Source: a bacterium (GTDB lineage Bacteria > Latescibacterota > Latescibacteria > Latescibacterales > Latescibacteraceae). Taken from it: a stretch of DNA of 64,000 bases. The stretch lies in the NCBI GenBank assembly GCA_021372535.1, contig JAJFUH010000149.1, positions 10,803-74,802 of the forward strand, read 5' to 3'. Within the stretch, counting starts at the first letter, position 1. Every line of letters starts with the position of its first letter. Positions 48,783-58,648 of the stretch are shown piece by piece. The translations under genes and the position numbers were made by a program. Under the pieces are notes generated by a model. It was not told where the DNA came from. It saw only the letters and a program-made list of their open reading frames with translations, and made no database searches.

Positions 48783-49364
48783 ATGAGATCTTCTTTTGCT
48801 GTACCGGTTGTATTTATTGCTTCCGCATTTTTCTTCGCATGCGGCAGCGGAAACAAAACTCCCGAAGCCGACCAGAATACGGCCCCGAAACCGCTTCAGC
48901 TCGCCCAGAACACCACGGCAGAACAGCAAGCGCAGGTCGATTTTACATGGTTTACCGACTGGGACAAGGGAATCGAGGAGGCTAAAAAAACAAAGAAGCC
49001 GGTGGTCGTCGATTTTTATGCCGACTGGTGCGTTTACTGCAAGAAAATGGACAAGGAAACCTTTTCCGCTCCCGAGATCAAAAAACGCCTTGCCGATGGA
49101 TGGATCGGCATCAGGCTCAATGCCGAAAAAGGCGATTTGAGCGGTACATATGACGGTAAAACCATGACCTACCCGCAGCTTACACAATATTTTGGCGTGA
49201 CCGGTTTTCCATCATTCCTGTTCATTGATAAAGAACTGAAGCCGATGCGGCCTGTCCCGGGTTTCATCGAAAAAGACACGTTCGGTCCGATGCTCGATTT
49301 TATCAAAGACGAAGTATATAAAAAGAATGTCTCGTTCCAGGACTATATGAAATCCAGAAAGTAA
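48783..49364 (+). CDS. thioredoxin-fold lipoprotein resembling the DsbD gamma domain
   Basis: 193 aa. Lipobox FFFACG. The VVDFYADWCVYCKKMDKETF active site closely resembles DsbD C-terminal DLYADWCVACKEFEKYTF, as recalled. Confidence 0.8.
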   Translation: MRSSFAVPVVFIASAFFFACGSGNKTPEADQNTAPKPLQLAQNTTAEQQAQVDFTWFTDWDKGIEEAKKTKKPVVVDFYADWCVYCKKMDKETFSAPEIKKRLADGWIGIRLNAEKGDLSGTYDGKTMTYPQLTQYFGVTGFPSFLFIDKELKPMRPVPGFIEKDTFGPMLDFIKDEVYKKNVSFQDYMKSRK

Positions 49365-49375
49365 GCGGGGACGAT

Positions 49376-49525
49376 ATGTCAGCGCTCAACAGCAAACGGA
49401 CTGTACAGATTTCACTTCTCGTGCTTTCGGTTGTACTCATAGCAGCCGGTGTCATGCGTGAAGAAGTGTTCGATGTTATTTCAAATGCCACCATACTCTG
49501 TTTTTCATGCATAGGATTGAAATAG
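49376..49525 (+). CDS. 49-aa membrane-anchored CXXC peptide (CD1871A-like family); absent from the supplied ORF track
   Basis: ATG 49376 to TAG 49525: MSALNSKRTVQISLLVLSVVLIAAGVMREEVFDVISNATILCFSCIGLK. One TM helix plus a C-terminal CFSC. It starts 11 nt after the thioredoxin-like gene and ends 6 nt before the polyferredoxin gene. Confidence 0.65.
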   Translation: MSALNSKRTVQISLLVLSVVLIAAGVMREEVFDVISNATILCFSCIGLK

Positions 49526-49531
49526 ACCGAC

Positions 49532-50338
49532 ATGGTTTTGGGCAGAATCAAAAGATTATGGTGGCAGATAACCGGCGCAGTACTCTTTAATTTTCCCTTT
49601 GTCGGGCATCTGACGCTGCCATGGCTTCCGGTACCGGTGCTCAACTGCTATTCATGCCCGCTCGCGCAGGGCGCCTGCCCGATAGGAACCATACAGCATT
49701 TCTTCGTTATCGGTGTCCTGCCGTTCTTTGCAGTGGGTGTTGTAGCGATCTTCGGTGTCACCGCCGGGCGGTTTTACTGCAGCCACCTCTGCCCGTTCGG
49801 ATTCCTCCAGGATTTGCTGGGAAGGTTATCACGGTTCAAGGCAAGGATGCCCCGGTTCGTCGGGTACGGTAAATATGCCGTTCTCATAATCATGGTTATT
49901 ATTCTGCCGCCACTCGTTAAAGAACCCTTCTTCTGTACACTCTGCCCCGCAGGGAGCCTTGAAGCGGGAATACCCATCGTGACCGGCGCATGGCTCGATT
50001 CGCGGTCGGCAGACGCGGGAATCTTCGGAGGTTCGAGCGGGATTCTTGCAATGATCGGCTGGTGGTTCTGGTTTAAAATCGGTATTCTCGTGTTGATTCT
50101 GGCCGTCGCGGTATTCATCAAACGGCCGTTCTGCCGTGCCTTCTGCCCGCTCGGGGCGCTGTTCGGCCTGTTCAACCGCATTTCCCTGTTCTTCAGGCAT
50201 CCGGGGGCTCTTCACGGTGACCGTCCCCACTACAATCTCAGGACATGCCCTGTCCACATCACCGATCCCCGCGATGTCGATTCACACAACTGCATCAAAT
50301 GCCGTGAATGCTATACACATCCTGCCCACACTGATTGA
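49532..50338 (+). CDS. NapH/MauN-like integral-membrane 4Fe-4S (polyferredoxin) protein
   Basis: 268 aa, multi-TM. Repeated CxxCP/CxxxCP motifs (CYSCPLAQGACP, CSHLCPFG, CTLCPAG, CRAFCPLG) and a C-terminal CIKCREC. Confidence 0.75.
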   Translation: MVLGRIKRLWWQITGAVLFNFPFVGHLTLPWLPVPVLNCYSCPLAQGACPIGTIQHFFVIGVLPFFAVGVVAIFGVTAGRFYCSHLCPFGFLQDLLGRLSRFKARMPRFVGYGKYAVLIIMVIILPPLVKEPFFCTLCPAGSLEAGIPIVTGAWLDSRSADAGIFGGSSGILAMIGWWFWFKIGILVLILAVAVFIKRPFCRAFCPLGALFGLFNRISLFFRHPGALHGDRPHYNLRTCPVHITDPRDVDSHNCIKCRECYTHPAHTD

Positions 50339-50464
50339 TCTTTCGCCGTTGTGTTGATTGTTTATCTCTCCGGCGGTATACATTACATGAACCGTAGTGC
50401 TTGTATCCCTGTTCCCGACTGATTGAATCGTTCATAATTCACCGATTATACTTCACAAAATGCC

Positions 50465-50493
50465 TTGACATGGTTTGTCTCAAACGGGATATT
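50465..50493 (+). promoter_or_regulatory. candidate sigma-70-type promoter placed for a nearly leaderless thiL mRNA
   Basis: TTGACA (50465-50470), a 17-nt spacer, then GATATT (50488-50493). The ATG at 50500 is only 6 nt after the -10 element. Confidence 0.3.
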
Positions 50494-50499
50494 TCCGGT

Positions 50500-51501
50500 A
50501 TGAACAGCGAAAAACCAACACTTGCACAAATCGGTGAACTTGAGTTTATTAACCGTATCAGAAGCATGATGCCCATCGAGGGAGGGACAATCATCCGTTC
50601 CGCTGGTGATGACTGTCTCGTGACGGAATTTCCCGGCGAAAGGCTGATGCTCTCAACCACCGACACATTTGTCGATAGCGTTCATTTCAATCCGGCCTGG
50701 TCGGATTATCACGACATCGGGTGCCGGTGCATGGCGGCTTCCGTTAGCGATATTGCGGCAATGTCGGGGATACCGCTCTATACGCTCGTTTCGCTGTCGA
50801 TGCCGCCGGGGCTGTTCCTCGACGATGCGGTAAGTCTTTTTGCAGGGTTGAGTAAGACGGGTATCGGTTACAGCTGTCCGGTCTGCGGCGGTGAAACAAC
50901 CTCGACTCCGGGTCCGCTCACTATCACGGTTACTGTTATCGGAGCGGTGGAGCCGGAACGCATGGTTACCCGCTCCGGTGCTCAGGCAGGCGACGCCGTA
51001 TATGTCACCGGCTTCCTCGGCGATGCCATGGGAGGGCTCCTGGCATTTCAGCACGGCGAGGAAGGCTGCGACTCATTAAAGAAGAAATTCGTAATCCCGG
51101 AAGCGAGGGTTGCGTTATCGAGGAGTCTGACCGGAACGTACCGGATCGGCGCCATGATCGATCTTTCGGACGGGCTTGCATCGGATTTGGGCCATATCTG
51201 CGAGGAAAGCCGGACAGGCGCGGTTGTCGATGCCTGCTGCATCCCGCTTTCCGATGATTTTCTGCGCCTCATGGAGAAGCACGGGAGAAATCCCCTCGAT
51301 TTCGCGCTGACGGCGGGGGAAGACTTCGAGCTACTGTTCACATTGCGCGATCCGTCTCTCCCGGCAGCGGGAAATGTTCTCGGCTGCCCTGTGACGAGAA
51401 TCGGATATATCACCGGGCCTTCCGAAGGGATGTCAGTGCGGATGCGGGACGGCTCTGTTAAAACGATCACCGTTAAAGGGTATGAGCATTTCAAATCATG
51501 A
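50500..51501 (+). CDS. thiL: thiamine-monophosphate kinase
   Basis: 333 aa from ATG 50500. GELEFI, GDDCLV and AIR-synthase-related (PurM-like) architecture. The track ORF's 33 extra N-terminal codons lack similarity to the family. Confidence 0.8.
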   Translation: MNSEKPTLAQIGELEFINRIRSMMPIEGGTIIRSAGDDCLVTEFPGERLMLSTTDTFVDSVHFNPAWSDYHDIGCRCMAASVSDIAAMSGIPLYTLVSLSMPPGLFLDDAVSLFAGLSKTGIGYSCPVCGGETTSTPGPLTITVTVIGAVEPERMVTRSGAQAGDAVYVTGFLGDAMGGLLAFQHGEEGCDSLKKKFVIPEARVALSRSLTGTYRIGAMIDLSDGLASDLGHICEESRTGAVVDACCIPLSDDFLRLMEKHGRNPLDFALTAGEDFELLFTLRDPSLPAAGNVLGCPVTRIGYITGPSEGMSVRMRDGSVKTITVKGYEHFKS

Positions 51502-52748
51502 ATAAGCGCAGAGACACAATGGCCGCCGTATCGAGAATCGGCGAGCTGGTAGCCATGACACTGGACACATCCGAAATTCTCCGGCATATCGTGGAGATAA
51601 CGGCGGAGATCATGAAGGTCGATGTGTGCTCGATCTACCTGTGGGATTCCGATGAAGGCTCCCTCGTCCTCGAAGCTACGAGGGGATTGAAGGAAGACGC
51701 CATAGGTCACGTTAAAATCCTTCCTGGTGAAGGAATAACGGGACGGGCGGCAAAACAGGGCAGAATCGTGGCTGTCCGGGACGTAACCATGGACAGAAGA
51801 AACATGTACTTCCCTATCACCGGCGAGGACCGTTACCGTTCGCTCCTCAGTGTACCGCTCCGGTTCAAGGATGAGCTCATCGGTGTCATGAATGTTCAGA
51901 CGGAGAATCCCCGCTCCTTCCGGAAGTCCGAGCGCCGTCTCCTTAAAACGATTGCCCATCAGGTTTCGGGAGCGATTCATAACGCCCGTCTCTACGAGAG
52001 CGTACTCGAGGGGAAAAAAGAAATAGAACGCACCCACGAACGACTCGTGGAATCAGAAAAAATGGCTGCCCTCGGCCGTCTCTCCGCAACGCTGTCACAT
52101 GAGCTGCGCAATCCGCTCGCCGGGCTCAAGGGAGCCTCGCAGCTTCTTGCTCGGAAAACAGGCAATCACGATGAACGGCGACAGTATATCGATCTTATTC
52201 TCGAAGAGATTGAACGGCTCGACAGGATCGTCGAGGACCTCCTCCAGTTTGCACGGCCCGGTAAACTCCGGCTGGAACAGGTCGATATCAATAAAATGAT
52301 CGATGATATTTTGCTTCTCCATTCCGATGATTTTAATGGAAGGGGGATTACAATACGTAAACGCCTCTCCAAACTGCCCAACATCAGAGCCGACCGGGAT
52401 AAGTTCAAACAGGTGCTGGTCAATATCGTCCTGAACGCACGCGACGCCATGCCCGAAGGAGGGGAACTTCTTGTAAGCTCGGGCGTTATATCCAATGAAC
52501 CGGAAAGCAGGGACATCGTGACACTCCAGTTCAGGGATAACGGACAGGGAATCGAGGAGAATGTACTCCGGAGTATTTTCGAGCCTTTTTTTACTACCAA
52601 ACCAGATGGCGTCGGACTCGGGCTGGCTGTCTGCAAGGCCATTATCGAGGATCATAAAGGGCGGATTTCAATACGGTCATTGAATGAGGGCAGTGATATC
52701 AGGGGTACAGTTGTAACAGTTGAAATTCCAAGCCTTGAGATTAAATAA
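51498..52748 (+). CDS. cytoplasmic GAF-domain sensor histidine kinase
   Basis: 416 aa, ATGA overlap with thiL. GAF domain (ITGRAAKQGRIVAVRD), H-box SHELRNPL, and HATPase motifs (NARDAM, DNGQGI, GVGLGLAV). Confidence 0.85.
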   Translation: MNKRRDTMAAVSRIGELVAMTLDTSEILRHIVEITAEIMKVDVCSIYLWDSDEGSLVLEATRGLKEDAIGHVKILPGEGITGRAAKQGRIVAVRDVTMDRRNMYFPITGEDRYRSLLSVPLRFKDELIGVMNVQTENPRSFRKSERRLLKTIAHQVSGAIHNARLYESVLEGKKEIERTHERLVESEKMAALGRLSATLSHELRNPLAGLKGASQLLARKTGNHDERRQYIDLILEEIERLDRIVEDLLQFARPGKLRLEQVDINKMIDDILLLHSDDFNGRGITIRKRLSKLPNIRADRDKFKQVLVNIVLNARDAMPEGGELLVSSGVISNEPESRDIVTLQFRDNGQGIEENVLRSIFEPFFTTKPDGVGLGLAVCKAIIEDHKGRISIRSLNEGSDIRGTVVTVEIPSLEIK

Positions 52749-52823
52749 GAACAATGATGCAAATTCTATCAGAGCTGTTTCACAGGAGTGTCATCGTTCA
52801 ACTTTTCACGAAAGGGAGATGTC

Positions 52824-53174
52824 ATGGAAGATCTGTGGGGACAAATCAAAAAGTCGGTGATGGACGGTGTCAATATTGCCGCTGAAAAAACCGAGGAACT
52901 GACCAAGCTGGGTAAAGTAAAACTCGATATCCTTAATCTGAAATATAAAATCTCAAGGAAATTCACCGAGCTCGGCGGGATAACCTATGAGGCTGTCAAA
53001 AAAGATGATGTAAGCAAAACTCTTAAATCTGAAAAAACCGTGGCTTTAATCGAAGCGATCAAAAAACTCGAATCCGACCTTGAAGCAAAAGAAAAACGAT
53101 ACCAAGACATGATGAAAAAAGCAAAAGACGAAAAGAAAGCCAAAAAAGAGAAAAAAGAGAAAAAATCCGAATAA
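52824..53174 (+). CDS. hypothetical coiled-coil protein with Lys-rich tail
   Basis: 116 aa from ATG 52824 (GGGAGA RBS). Ends KKAKDEKKAKKEKKEKKSE. A strong terminator follows. Confidence 0.5.
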   Translation: MEDLWGQIKKSVMDGVNIAAEKTEELTKLGKVKLDILNLKYKISRKFTELGGITYEAVKKDDVSKTLKSEKTVALIEAIKKLESDLEAKEKRYQDMMKKAKDEKKAKKEKKEKKSE

Positions 53175-53196
53175 CCATGGTTTAATTATGCCTGTG

Positions 53197-53241
53197 ACCG
53201 GATTATACGGGACAATAACCGTTATAATCCGGTTTGTTTTT
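53197..53241 (+). terminator. intrinsic terminator
   Basis: 11-bp stem ACCGGATTATA (53197-53207) / TATAATCCGGT (53223-53233), followed by TTGTTTTT. Confidence 0.8.
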
Positions 53242-53486
53242 GAAACCATAGCACTGATAATATGGTTTAAGTTACTGCTGACAGGAGTTCGGCCGTCTTT
53301 CGGTCTTATTGGCACAAGTGGCTGTAGATATGAAATGAAGTAAAGAGCAGGAATAAACTCCATCGATATGGAAATGGAATTATTTTATCGTTATTACAGT
53401 TCCAGCCGGATACTATTTTTATGCCAATGGATGCTCATGAAGTGAATCGATACATGAAAAATCTGCAATTCATATATAAATGAATA

Positions 53487-53515
53487 TTGACTTTTACTCA
53501 AATTTTTTGTATTTA
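53487..53515 (+). promoter_or_regulatory. candidate sigma-70-type promoter for the htrA-sigma factor unit
   Basis: TTGACT (53487-53492), a 17-nt spacer, then TATTTA (53510-53515). A GGAGG RBS precedes ATG 53541. Confidence 0.45.
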
Positions 53516-53540
53516 ATACAGGATAATTTGGAGGTTCTTA

Positions 53541-54998
53541 ATGACCGTTTTGTACTCTCGACAAACAGTTTTCAGAATGTTTCTTTTTTACTTTGTTATT
53601 CTTCTGTTTTCACCATTCTTTGGATATGCCCAGCCGACTGTTCAGAAACAGGGCGACAGACTAGTAAGTCCGTTCGTCCATGTTTACGACAAGGTTGCTC
53701 TCTCCGTCGTCCGAATTGATGTCAGTACCACGGCAAGGAGAGACCAGCAAACCGTGCAGAATCCATGGGAGTACTTTTTCGGCAAACCTCAGCAGCAACA
53801 GCAGCAAAAACAGATTGAAGGCATGGGCTCCGGTGTTATCATCGATCGTGAAGGGCATATCCTCACCAATAACCATGTCATTTCAGGCGCCGAAAAAATC
53901 TCCGTTAAAGTCAATGAAGATGAAACATATGACGCTGTTGTAGTCGGTACAGACCCGGATACCGATCTTGCAGTGATACAGTTGCAGCTTGACGGTAAGC
54001 AACTTCCCCCGGAATATGTGGCCGAGCTTGGTGATTCGGACACGCTGAAACCCGGTGACTATGCCATAGCGATAGGAAATCCCATCGGGCTCGAACGGAC
54101 TATCAATGTCGGGGTTATCAGCGCGCTCGGCCGCCATGACTTCACCGTTTATGGATCACAGTCACCTCAGTTTCAGAATTTCATCCAAACCGATGCACAG
54201 ATCAATCCGGGCAATTCCGGCGGAGCGCTTGCGGACATCAGCGGAAAGGTTATCGGCATCAACGATATGTATACGGCGCAGTTCGCGGGAATCGGTTTTG
54301 CCATTCCTATCAATCTCGCCAGGAACGTCATGACACAGCTTATCGCATCGGGCGTGGTGAAACGAGGATTTGTCGGAATACGTGCCGAAGAGGAAGGTAT
54401 CACTCCGGAAATCAAAGACGCTATGGAGCTTTCTTCACGGGACGGGGTTCTCATCAAGGAGGTTGTCCAGGGTTCTCCCGCCGAAAAAGCCGGCCTTAAA
54501 CATGGAGATGTCATTGTTTCACTCGATGGTGATAAAGTCAAGAATTTCAACGAGTTTCTGTTTAAAATCGGCGATCATGCCCCCGGAGACACTGTTCAGC
54601 TTCAAATCATCCGTGAAAAAGAACAGAAAGCACTGACTCTTACATTGGCAAGCCGTAATGATTTTCTTGAGGCTGGTGCCATTTCCAACGATTCATGGCT
54701 TGGTATTCAGGTTGTCGAATTATCCAGCCCCGCAGCCCAGCAATTCAAACTCGAAAAAATAACCAGCGGTGTCGTCGTTGTTAAAATTGATAGTGACAGC
54801 CCCGCGTCAAAAGTAAATTTACGTGCTGGCGATGTGATTGTTGAAATTGAAAATAAAGAGATCAAAGATATTCAGGATTTTCTCGATATCAGAAACGATC
54901 CCGATATCAAAGAAAAGAAATACATCCTTATTTTCCGGCAGCGCGTCTATCCCAACGGTCATATTGAAAAGGGGTTTGTAGCAGTAAAAAGCAAATGA
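53541..54998 (+). CDS. htrA: periplasmic serine protease HtrA/DegP/DegQ family with two PDZ domains
   Basis: 485 aa with a signal peptide. Catalytic motifs TNNHV, D (DTDLAVIQ) and GNSGGAL, followed by two PDZ-like segments. Confidence 0.9.
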   Translation: MTVLYSRQTVFRMFLFYFVILLFSPFFGYAQPTVQKQGDRLVSPFVHVYDKVALSVVRIDVSTTARRDQQTVQNPWEYFFGKPQQQQQQKQIEGMGSGVIIDREGHILTNNHVISGAEKISVKVNEDETYDAVVVGTDPDTDLAVIQLQLDGKQLPPEYVAELGDSDTLKPGDYAIAIGNPIGLERTINVGVISALGRHDFTVYGSQSPQFQNFIQTDAQINPGNSGGALADISGKVIGINDMYTAQFAGIGFAIPINLARNVMTQLIASGVVKRGFVGIRAEEEGITPEIKDAMELSSRDGVLIKEVVQGSPAEKAGLKHGDVIVSLDGDKVKNFNEFLFKIGDHAPGDTVQLQIIREKEQKALTLTLASRNDFLEAGAISNDSWLGIQVVELSSPAAQQFKLEKITSGVVVVKIDSDSPASKVNLRAGDVIVEIENKEIKDIQDFLDIRNDPDIKEKKYILIFRQRVYPNGHIEKGFVAVKSK

Positions 54999-55026
54999 AC
55001 TTTTCAAGATACAGGAGTGTCAATTC

Positions 55027-55884
55027 GTGTCAAAACTAGCAAAAAAACCGTATACGAGGGAAGACCAGTCCTTGGACAGATATCTCCAGGAAATCGGAGA
55101 GGTTGAGCTTCTCTCAGCCCAACAAGAGGTCGAACTTGCACGGCTTATCAAAAAAGGCTCCCAGGAAGCCCTCGAAAAACTGACAAAGGCAAATCTCCGG
55201 TTCGTGGTGAGTGTCGCCAAGCAGTACCAGAACCAGGGTTTATCTCTTGGAGACCTGATTAATGAGGGAAATCTCGGGCTTATCAAGGCTGCCAAGCGTT
55301 TCGATGAAACCAAGGGATTCAAATTCATCTCGTACGCCGTCTGGTGGATACGGCAAGCGATCCTTCAGGCTCTCGCGGAACAGTCGCGTATTGTGCGTCT
55401 GCCGCTCAACAGGGTTGGTGCGCTCCATAAAATCGGCAAGACATCGAGCGGACTCGAACAGGAATTCGGCCGTGAACCTTCGGCAAACGAGATCGCCGAT
55501 GAACTGGAGATGAGCCCGTACGAGGTCATGGATACACTCAAGATTTCCTCGCGGCACCTCTCGCTCGATGCCCCGTTCAATGACGGTGAAGACAACCGGC
55601 TCCTCGATGTGCTCGAAGATAAATTCCAGCCGGCTCCGGATGAAAAACTCATGAAGGATTCTCTCAAACGGGAGATAGAAAAAGCGCTCTCAACCCTTAC
55701 CGAACGTGAAGCCGAGGTCATCAGTCTTTATTTTGGCATTAACCGTGACCATTCGCTGACACTCGAAGAAATCGGAGAGAAATTCAAGCTGACACGGGAA
55801 CGTGTCCGTCAGATCAAAGAAAAAGCGATAAAGCGACTCAGGCACGCCTCGCGCTCGAAACCGCTGAAGGCGTATCTCTCATGA
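55027..55884 (+). CDS. RpoD/SigA-type sigma-70 factor (short form lacking region 1.1)
   Basis: 285 aa, GTG start. Regions 1.2 (DRYLQEIG), 2 ([35 protein letters not shown]), 3 and 4 ([20 protein letters not shown]). Confidence 0.9.
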   Translation: MSKLAKKPYTREDQSLDRYLQEIGEVELLSAQQEVELARLIKKGSQEALEKLTKANLRFVVSVAKQYQNQGLSLGDLINEGNLGLIKAAKRFDETKGFKFISYAVWWIRQAILQALAEQSRIVRLPLNRVGALHKIGKTSSGLEQEFGREPSANEIADELEMSPYEVMDTLKISSRHLSLDAPFNDGEDNRLLDVLEDKFQPAPDEKLMKDSLKREIEKALSTLTEREAEVISLYFGINRDHSLTLEEIGEKFKLTRERVRQIKEKAIKRLRHASRSKPLKAYLS

Positions 55885-55979
55885 TACCGTAACGGATTCT
55901 GCCTTTTTTCATACGATGAATAAGAAGAGGCAGTCCGTCAGCTGATTGATTTTTAACAGTTTATCCGTGATAAATATTT

Positions 55980-56942
55980 ATGGGTTGGAAACGTCTGACA
56001 TTTATTCTCATTCCGCACTCACGGTCGGACATTAAACAGTTCAACGTACCGCGTGTATTAGTTGTTGCCGCCGTATTTTTTCTTGTTTTTGCCATCGGTG
56101 TCATGATTTTTTACATTCTTGGATTCGAAGGTAAATCCTTCTACATGACCAAGACGAAAGAAATCGTTCAAACGAATACTATCCTCGAAAACCAGCTCTC
56201 CTATCTTGATTCGACACTTACTGTAATGAGCACGACACTCGACAGTATCGAAACTGTCAACGAAAAGATTTGGAAAGAATACGATATTTCCGACCGTGAT
56301 TTAAAACTGAGCGAAGGCGGTGGTATCGAGGTTACCGAATCCGGGGTCAGACTGCCCATGAAGCGGGTGCTGTACCTTATCGACCGTATGAATAAAAAAT
56401 GCATGGCCTTCGAGTACAACTTCAACACGCTCTATGAATTCTGCATGAACAACAGCGATTATCTGAGGCATCTCCCCTCCATCAGGCCGGCAGATGGATT
56501 TGTCATGAAGGAATTCGGGCGTTCATTCGACATTGTCACAAACACCGTGAAAAACTATTTCGGCGTCGATATCAATAATGTCGAAGGTACTCCTATTGTG
56601 GCCACCGCCGATGGAATTGTGGAAGAAGTCGTCAAATATTCGGACGAATATGGCCGGTATGTTGTTATTGATCATGGGAACGGATATAAGACGCGGTACA
56701 CCCATCTCCAGACCATCGCCCAGATGAACCCTAAAATAACGATCAATGTCGGCGACTATGTCAAACGCGGCCAGCAGGTCGGGTGTATGGGAAGAACCGG
56801 TATCTCCATTCTTGCCGTGCCGACCCATATCATGTATTCGGTGGAACATCGGGGCATCATGGTCAATCCGGCGGACTTTTTTTTCGCTTCCGATTTTGCC
56901 GATGAGACGGTTGAGGAAACAGCCGTCGCACAAAATTATTAG
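55980..56942 (+). CDS. M23 family metallopeptidase (LytM-like), membrane-anchored
   Basis: 320 aa. N-terminal TM segment, coiled region, then DHGNGYKTRYTHL and GRTG...HIMYSVEHRG (HxxxD / HxH-type) motifs. Confidence 0.8.
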   Translation: MGWKRLTFILIPHSRSDIKQFNVPRVLVVAAVFFLVFAIGVMIFYILGFEGKSFYMTKTKEIVQTNTILENQLSYLDSTLTVMSTTLDSIETVNEKIWKEYDISDRDLKLSEGGGIEVTESGVRLPMKRVLYLIDRMNKKCMAFEYNFNTLYEFCMNNSDYLRHLPSIRPADGFVMKEFGRSFDIVTNTVKNYFGVDINNVEGTPIVATADGIVEEVVKYSDEYGRYVVIDHGNGYKTRYTHLQTIAQMNPKITINVGDYVKRGQQVGCMGRTGISILAVPTHIMYSVEHRGIMVNPADFFFASDFADETVEETAVAQNY

Positions 56943-58227
56943 CATCCTCGCGGGTATTCAATTCCCCCTCCAGATGATGTTCATCGACCTTGCGGAGTAT
57001 CACTCCGATGAGCGGCCCCTCTTCATAACCGAGAGCCAGCAGATCGTTCCCGTCGAGAAGCGGAGGACTCGGATTCCTGTCTTCCGGTTTCTCTTGCCGA
57101 AAGGTTTGTACAAGAAAATCGTAATCCTCAAGATTGCCGTGGCTGGCAAGACAATCGAGACGGTACAGTTCGAGCATTTCCGTGAATCCATCCTCCTGCA
57201 TGAACCGGAGGAGCTTTGCCGGTTTCATGTTCCTGACATGCATGAAACGCATATGATTCCTGACAAGCCCCTGCACCCGAGCAGTCATCTCATTACTGAT
57301 ACGGAGACGCCGTAATATCTTCCCTGCCATCACGGCGCCGAGTTCATCATGGCGGTTGTACCGTATCCGGTCGGTTTTTGTCATGGTCACCGGTTTGGCT
57401 ATGTCATGAAACAGGACACCGAACGCAAGAGCAGACGAGCCCCCTTCATACAATTCGAGCATACGGCGTGTATGTTCAAACACATCGCCTTCGGGATGAA
57501 ACTCAGCCGGCTGTTCCACTCCCCTGAGCGCCGATACTTCCGGGAGCACTTCACGGAGCAGGCCGGTTTCATCGAGGAGGGTAAGCGCATATCCGGGATG
57601 GGGACCGCCGAATATTTTCACGAGTTCCTCACCGATACGTTCGGCGCTCACATCGTGAATCCCGGCCGTGTTTTCTTTGATTGCCCTCATGGTTTCGTCA
57701 TCGACGGAAAACTGAAAACGGGCGGCAAAGCGTACGGCTCTCAGCATGCGGAGCCGATCCTCCCGGAAACGGATACGGGGATCGCCCACCGCTCTGATTG
57801 TACGATTATGAATATCCTGAATACCGCCGATATGATCGATTATCCTGTTTTCGAGCGGATCGAAAAAAAGGGCGTTGATGGTGAAATCACGGCGCTCCGC
57901 ATCATCGGTCTCGCAGCCGGGCTCAACGGACGAAGGCCGGCGGCCATCCTCGTAAATCCCGTCTTTTCTGAAACAGGCAACCTCGAAGGAATGGTCACCG
58001 ATGACAACGAGGCTGACCCCGAACCTGCTTCCGACAGGGTATACACTGTCAAAGAGCCGTTCGATATCATGGAGCGACGCATTAGTTGCGATATCATAAT
58101 CCTTCGGCTCATTTCCCATTATCATATCACGGACCGCGCCACCGACAAAAAGAGCGCTGAATCCGGCGGATCTGAGCGTTTTTACAATAACAAGCGCCCC
58201 GGCCTTTTTATCTGCCGCATCACTCAC
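56863..58227 (-). CDS. cca: CCA-adding tRNA nucleotidyltransferase with HD domain
   Basis: 454 aa. GGAVRDMIMG and DYDIAT head-domain motifs, RRDFTINA, and the HD motif (LFHDIAKP). Confidence 0.85.
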   Translation of the reverse strand: MSDAADKKAGALVIVKTLRSAGFSALFVGGAVRDMIMGNEPKDYDIATNASLHDIERLFDSVYPVGSRFGVSLVVIGDHSFEVACFRKDGIYEDGRRPSSVEPGCETDDAERRDFTINALFFDPLENRIIDHIGGIQDIHNRTIRAVGDPRIRFREDRLRMLRAVRFAARFQFSVDDETMRAIKENTAGIHDVSAERIGEELVKIFGGPHPGYALTLLDETGLLREVLPEVSALRGVEQPAEFHPEGDVFEHTRRMLELYEGGSSALAFGVLFHDIAKPVTMTKTDRIRYNRHDELGAVMAGKILRRLRISNEMTARVQGLVRNHMRFMHVRNMKPAKLLRFMQEDGFTEMLELYRLDCLASHGNLEDYDFLVQTFRQEKPEDRNPSPPLLDGNDLLALGYEEGPLIGVILRKVDEHHLEGELNTREDANNFVRRLFPQPSHRQNRKRKKSPPD

Positions 58228-58451
58228 GAATTCATTCCTTCAGATACATACGGTTTTTTATGGAGTATTAGGGAAAAATAACCTGTGTGAGACAGGATCG
58301 AAAGAAATACTTTTTTAAGCATAGTGAAGACGCCTTAAGTGCAGATATGCTGTCACGGGTCGGTACATAACACTTCTTAACAGGAGTAAATTCTCCATTT
58401 CATCATGTAACATCTAATTACACTCTAACAGACAGCATAGTTATTCCAAAC

Positions 58452-58516
58452 GATGCTGAAATAAATTCAGCATGACGGCGACAATGTCACCCCGAACTTA
58501 TTTCAGGGTCTATTGC
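58452..58516 (+). repeat. double-hairpin dispersed repeat, copy 3
   Basis: GATGCTGAAATAAATTCAGCATGACGGCGACAATGTCACCCCGAACTTATTTCAGGGTCTATTGC. Confidence 0.75.
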
Positions 58517-58558
58517 ACATTTTATTTTTTACACCGAACGCAGCCTGGTATTATCCCC

Positions 58559-58598
58559 AAAAACATAAACGGTACATGAATATTGACATGTACCGTTT
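58559..58598 (-). terminator. intrinsic terminator after the flgM-like gene
   Basis: 12-bp stem AAACGGTACATG (58567-58578) / CATGTACCGTTT (58587-58598). On the minus strand it is followed by ATGTTTTT. Confidence 0.75.
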
Positions 58599-58648
58599 AC
58601 AAACACGACAAGGAGAAACCTAAGATTGTGGAATTATAAATATATATA

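Noticed and set aside
50339-50499. TPP riboswitch upstream of thiL
   Set aside because: No CTGAGA / ACCTGATCTGGATAATGCCAGCG-like THI-box elements are visible in the 160-nt leader.
51048-52037. 329-aa minus-strand ORF
   Set aside because: It is antisense to the strongly supported thiL and GAF-kinase genes and has no recognisable motif. This is typical shadow-ORF behaviour in a region of this GC content.
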